Source: Thermoproteota archaeon
Lineage (GTDB): Archaea > Korarchaeota > Korarchaeia > Korarchaeales > Korarchaeaceae
DNA: 15,964 bases
Direction of reading: 5' to 3'
Assembly: GCA_027491435.1 (NCBI GenBank)
Contig: JAOZFG010000032.1
Location: 1-15,964, forward strand
The translations under genes were made by a program, and so were the position numbers. This document shows positions 13,359-15,964 of this stretch, piece after piece; positions within the stretch are counted from its first letter, which is position 1, and each line of letters opens with the position of its first letter. The notes below the pieces were generated by a model. That model was not told the origin of the DNA, searched no databases, and worked only from the letters and a program-made list of their open reading frames with translations.

Positions 13359-15206
13359 GTGATGTGGGTGGAGGGGAAGGGGAGAGGGGAGAGGGCTTCC
13401 CTGAAGAGAGACATAGGCTGGTTTGGCGCCTTCGCCATGGGATACGCTGACGTGGGCGCCGACATATACGTAGCCCTGGGGATAGTGGCCCTCTACGCTG
13501 CTGGGGCCTACCCCCTGGCCTTCGTCATAGCCGCTATAGTCTACGTCATGACCGGTCTTAGCTATGCCGAGCTGGCTTCAACCTATCCTTACGCTGGAGG
13601 CGTCCAGACTTACGCCATGAAAGCGTTTAACGACGCTGCGGGGTTTTCAGCCGGGTGGATGATGCTCCTAGCTTACACGGTCAACATAACCCTATTCTCC
13701 ATGGCGTCGGCCGGTTACCTTCTCTACTTCCTTCCCGCCAGGCTAGAGCTCTTTGGGGTGGAGCTAGACCCCCTAATTCCCATAACCCTGACGCTAATCG
13801 CTTTCTTGATAGCGGTAAACCTGATAGGCATTAGGGAGTCCTCAGCCATAAACGAGACCCTGGTCATACCAAGCATCATAGTGCAGGCAGCAATTCTGGT
13901 TCTGGGCCTAGTCCTGGTCTTCGACTTATCCCTCGCTTTAAAGCAGCTGATTGAAGTTGGCTCTCCAGAAGTCCTTGACGTCTCTTACGTCCCTGGGCTA
14001 CCTTTAAAAGGTCAGAACTTCATATACGGGATCACTCTAGCCATGAGCTCTTACATAGGGATATCCTCAATAGCTCAGGCCGCCGAGGAGACCAAGAGGC
14101 CGTACAGGTGGATCCCCTTAGCCACAAAGATGTCCGTGATCATGGTGATAATATTCGCTCTGGGCCTCTCCTTCGTGAGCGTAGGCATGATGCCCTGGCA
14201 GGAGCTAGCTAACAACAGAGAGAGTCCCTTGATAGCTTTATCCTCCAAGATACCCTACGTCGGTAACTTATTGGCTATGGTTGTGGCCGTCACAGGGTTT
14301 TTGGTCAACCTGGCCTCGGCCAACACGGGGGTAGTCGGGGTTTCCAGGGTCGTGTTCTCGATGAGCAAGTACAAGCAGATGCCGGGGTGGTTTTATTACG
14401 TCCACCCTAAGTACAGGACCCCGACGAGGTCCATAATCTTCTTCGGGCTTATAGGCATGCTCTTAACGTTTCTGGGTAATTTGGAGAAGGTGGCCGACCT
14501 CTACACCTTTGCCGCCCTGTTCGCTTACATATTCGTTAACGCCTCACTAATCAAGTTGAGGGAGATTGATAGGGAGGCTTACAGGCCCTGGACAAGCCCC
14601 ACCTTCAAGTTCAGGGGTAAGGAGTATCCGATAGCCGGTTATCTGGGGACTCTAGCCAGCCTGGCGTTGTTGGCTGCCGTCATGATCTTCCACCACATCG
14701 GTCGTTTCTTAGGGATACTCTGGCTGGCCTTTGGGCTCTCGCTCTATTACGTTTACAGGAGGAAGGAGGGGTTACCTTTCATCTCTAAGGAGTTTGCTGA
14801 GGAGATAAAGCCCAGCTCCTTCCTAATGAGCGTTCTAGTCATAGTACCTCCAGGAATGAGGGAAGAGGACGTCGCTAACTACCTGGCCAAGAACCTAGAC
14901 AGGAGGTACAAGCTTTACCTGGCCGCCTGGATTAGGCCAGACGGGTTAACCGCCCGTCAGATAGAGAGGATGAGGGAAGAACTGGAAGGGTACGTGGAAG
15001 CTGTAGCTAAGCTGCTGTCGAGGAAAGGTTACGAAGCTAAACATTACGTGATAGTGGGGGGCGTAGAGGAGGTTATAGAGGAGGCATCTGACGTAGACTT
15101 AGTGGTGACCTTCAGGAGGGGAGGGCTTAAGGGTAAGAGGAGGGGAGTGCACACAGTAATATCCTCTAGACTCCCTGGTAAGGTCATGGAGATAAGGGTG
15201 AGATGA
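13359..15206 (+). CDS. APC-superfamily amino acid/polyamine permease with C-terminal soluble (USP-like) domain
   Basis: LKRDIGW, GADIY, SYAELASTYPYAGG, AAEETKRP, SRVVFSMS, HPKYRTP and about 12 TM helices. The C-terminal ~130-aa alpha/beta domain ends VIEEASDVDLVV...G. Confidence 0.9.
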   Translation: MMWVEGKGRGERASLKRDIGWFGAFAMGYADVGADIYVALGIVALYAAGAYPLAFVIAAIVYVMTGLSYAELASTYPYAGGVQTYAMKAFNDAAGFSAGWMMLLAYTVNITLFSMASAGYLLYFLPARLELFGVELDPLIPITLTLIAFLIAVNLIGIRESSAINETLVIPSIIVQAAILVLGLVLVFDLSLALKQLIEVGSPEVLDVSYVPGLPLKGQNFIYGITLAMSSYIGISSIAQAAEETKRPYRWIPLATKMSVIMVIIFALGLSFVSVGMMPWQELANNRESPLIALSSKIPYVGNLLAMVVAVTGFLVNLASANTGVVGVSRVVFSMSKYKQMPGWFYYVHPKYRTPTRSIIFFGLIGMLLTFLGNLEKVADLYTFAALFAYIFVNASLIKLREIDREAYRPWTSPTFKFRGKEYPIAGYLGTLASLALLAAVMIFHHIGRFLGILWLAFGLSLYYVYRRKEGLPFISKEFAEEIKPSSFLMSVLVIVPPGMREEDVANYLAKNLDRRYKLYLAAWIRPDGLTARQIERMREELEGYVEAVAKLLSRKGYEAKHYVIVGGVEEVIEEASDVDLVVTFRRGGLKGKRRGVHTVISSRLPGKVMEIRVR

Positions 15207-15469
15207 TGGTACTGGCGATCATAAACATATACGTGGAGAGCAAGAGTCTAGATAAGGTTGCAGAGGCCATGAAGGCCTTCCCCGAGGTTAAAGACCTGTT
15301 CGAGGTTACAGGGGATTACGACCTGGTGGCCCTGGTGGAGGCGCCCGACATAGCCTCGTTCAGGCGGTTCCTAAAGGAGAAGGTGTTGGAGATAAAAGGA
15401 GTAAACAGCACTAATACGGTAATGATCTTGTACACACATAAGAGAGATGGAAAGCTGATAGAAGGTTAA
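15203..15469 (+). CDS. Stand-alone Lrp/AsnC ligand-binding (RAM) domain protein
   Basis: AIINIYVE...FPEVKDLFEVTGDYDLVALV...IKGVNSTNTVMIL. It has no HTH and overlaps the permease stop by 4 bp. Confidence 0.9.
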   Translation: MMVLAIINIYVESKSLDKVAEAMKAFPEVKDLFEVTGDYDLVALVEAPDIASFRRFLKEKVLEIKGVNSTNTVMILYTHKRDGKLIEG

Positions 15470-15964
15470 TTCTTTATCCTAATACACAATTTTTATCTTA
15501 TAATGTGCCTATAATCTGTGTCAGATGAAGAAATTTGGCCGCAAGCCCGCTTATCGAACTCTTCAGGTGACGACCGGATTGTAAAATCGTTGGACAGGTG
15601 TGGAACCTAAATATGGTACTGTTACTTAGTTAAGGCTAGTTATAAATAGGGCGCTGACGCACATGGAAAGGATGGAGAATCTATCTTTAGAGAGTAGGTC
15701 CTGCTAGCCCATGCCCCTGTTCACACGGGCCTGCTAAGGCGTGTCAGCTAGCTTTGCCTTACTGGCGTCAAGAGGAGCAATGAAGGTAAGGGAAGGTACA
15801 GGTTTAGCAGGATGAGCGGGCCAGCCGTTAAAACCAAAGCGTTGTGGACGAGATAGCGGTTAACTTCGTTGGTAGGCTGACTGAGGTGGCACCGAACCCA
15901 GGGCCGCTGATCTGGCGATAAGCGATGGAAGCTAAGGCGATGCCAGGGCCTTCTAAGAGGTCAA

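Noticed and set aside
15470-15964. Short protein-like fragments and scattered ATGA/CTGA motifs at the window end
   Set aside because: No sustained ORF, no correctly spaced C/D boxes and no recognisable family; possibly decayed genes.

Overview
This is chromosomal DNA of a (hyper)thermophilic archaeon, probably of the Thermoprotei/TACK type. The assignment is inferred from TATA/BRE promoters, leaderless genes, GAGGTGA Shine-Dalgarno (SD) sites and C/D-box guide RNAs complementary to archaeal rRNA. Coding content, in order: a DPM-synthase-like GT2-GtrA glycosyltransferase, an MFS transporter, an unannotated 52-aa zinc-finger microprotein, and a membrane-anchored octaheme cytochrome c of the tetrathionate/nitrite reductase (OTR) type. 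Next come a divergent AT-rich protoglobin-type globin and a five-gene translationally coupled Fe-S/metallocofactor operon (DUF59/SufT-like, Panacea/DUF4065-like, two MinD-ferredoxin ATPases, NifX-like). The rest is a HEPN-MNT pair, a CoA-binding protein, a surface-anchored protein, a decayed ABC ATPase, and an APC permease followed by a stand-alone Lrp/AsnC RAM domain. Signals missing from the ORF track are three C/D-box sRNAs (one at 518-579 and a tandem pair at 9508-9620), a duplicated TTAAC-N4-GTTAA palindrome between the cytochrome and globin genes, and a solitary CRISPR-repeat-like 28-mer beside an AT-rich tract. The leading hypothesis, which is an inference, is a co-regulated archaeal nitrosative/sulfur-oxyanion stress module of octaheme reductase plus globin, possibly including the Fe-S maturation operon.
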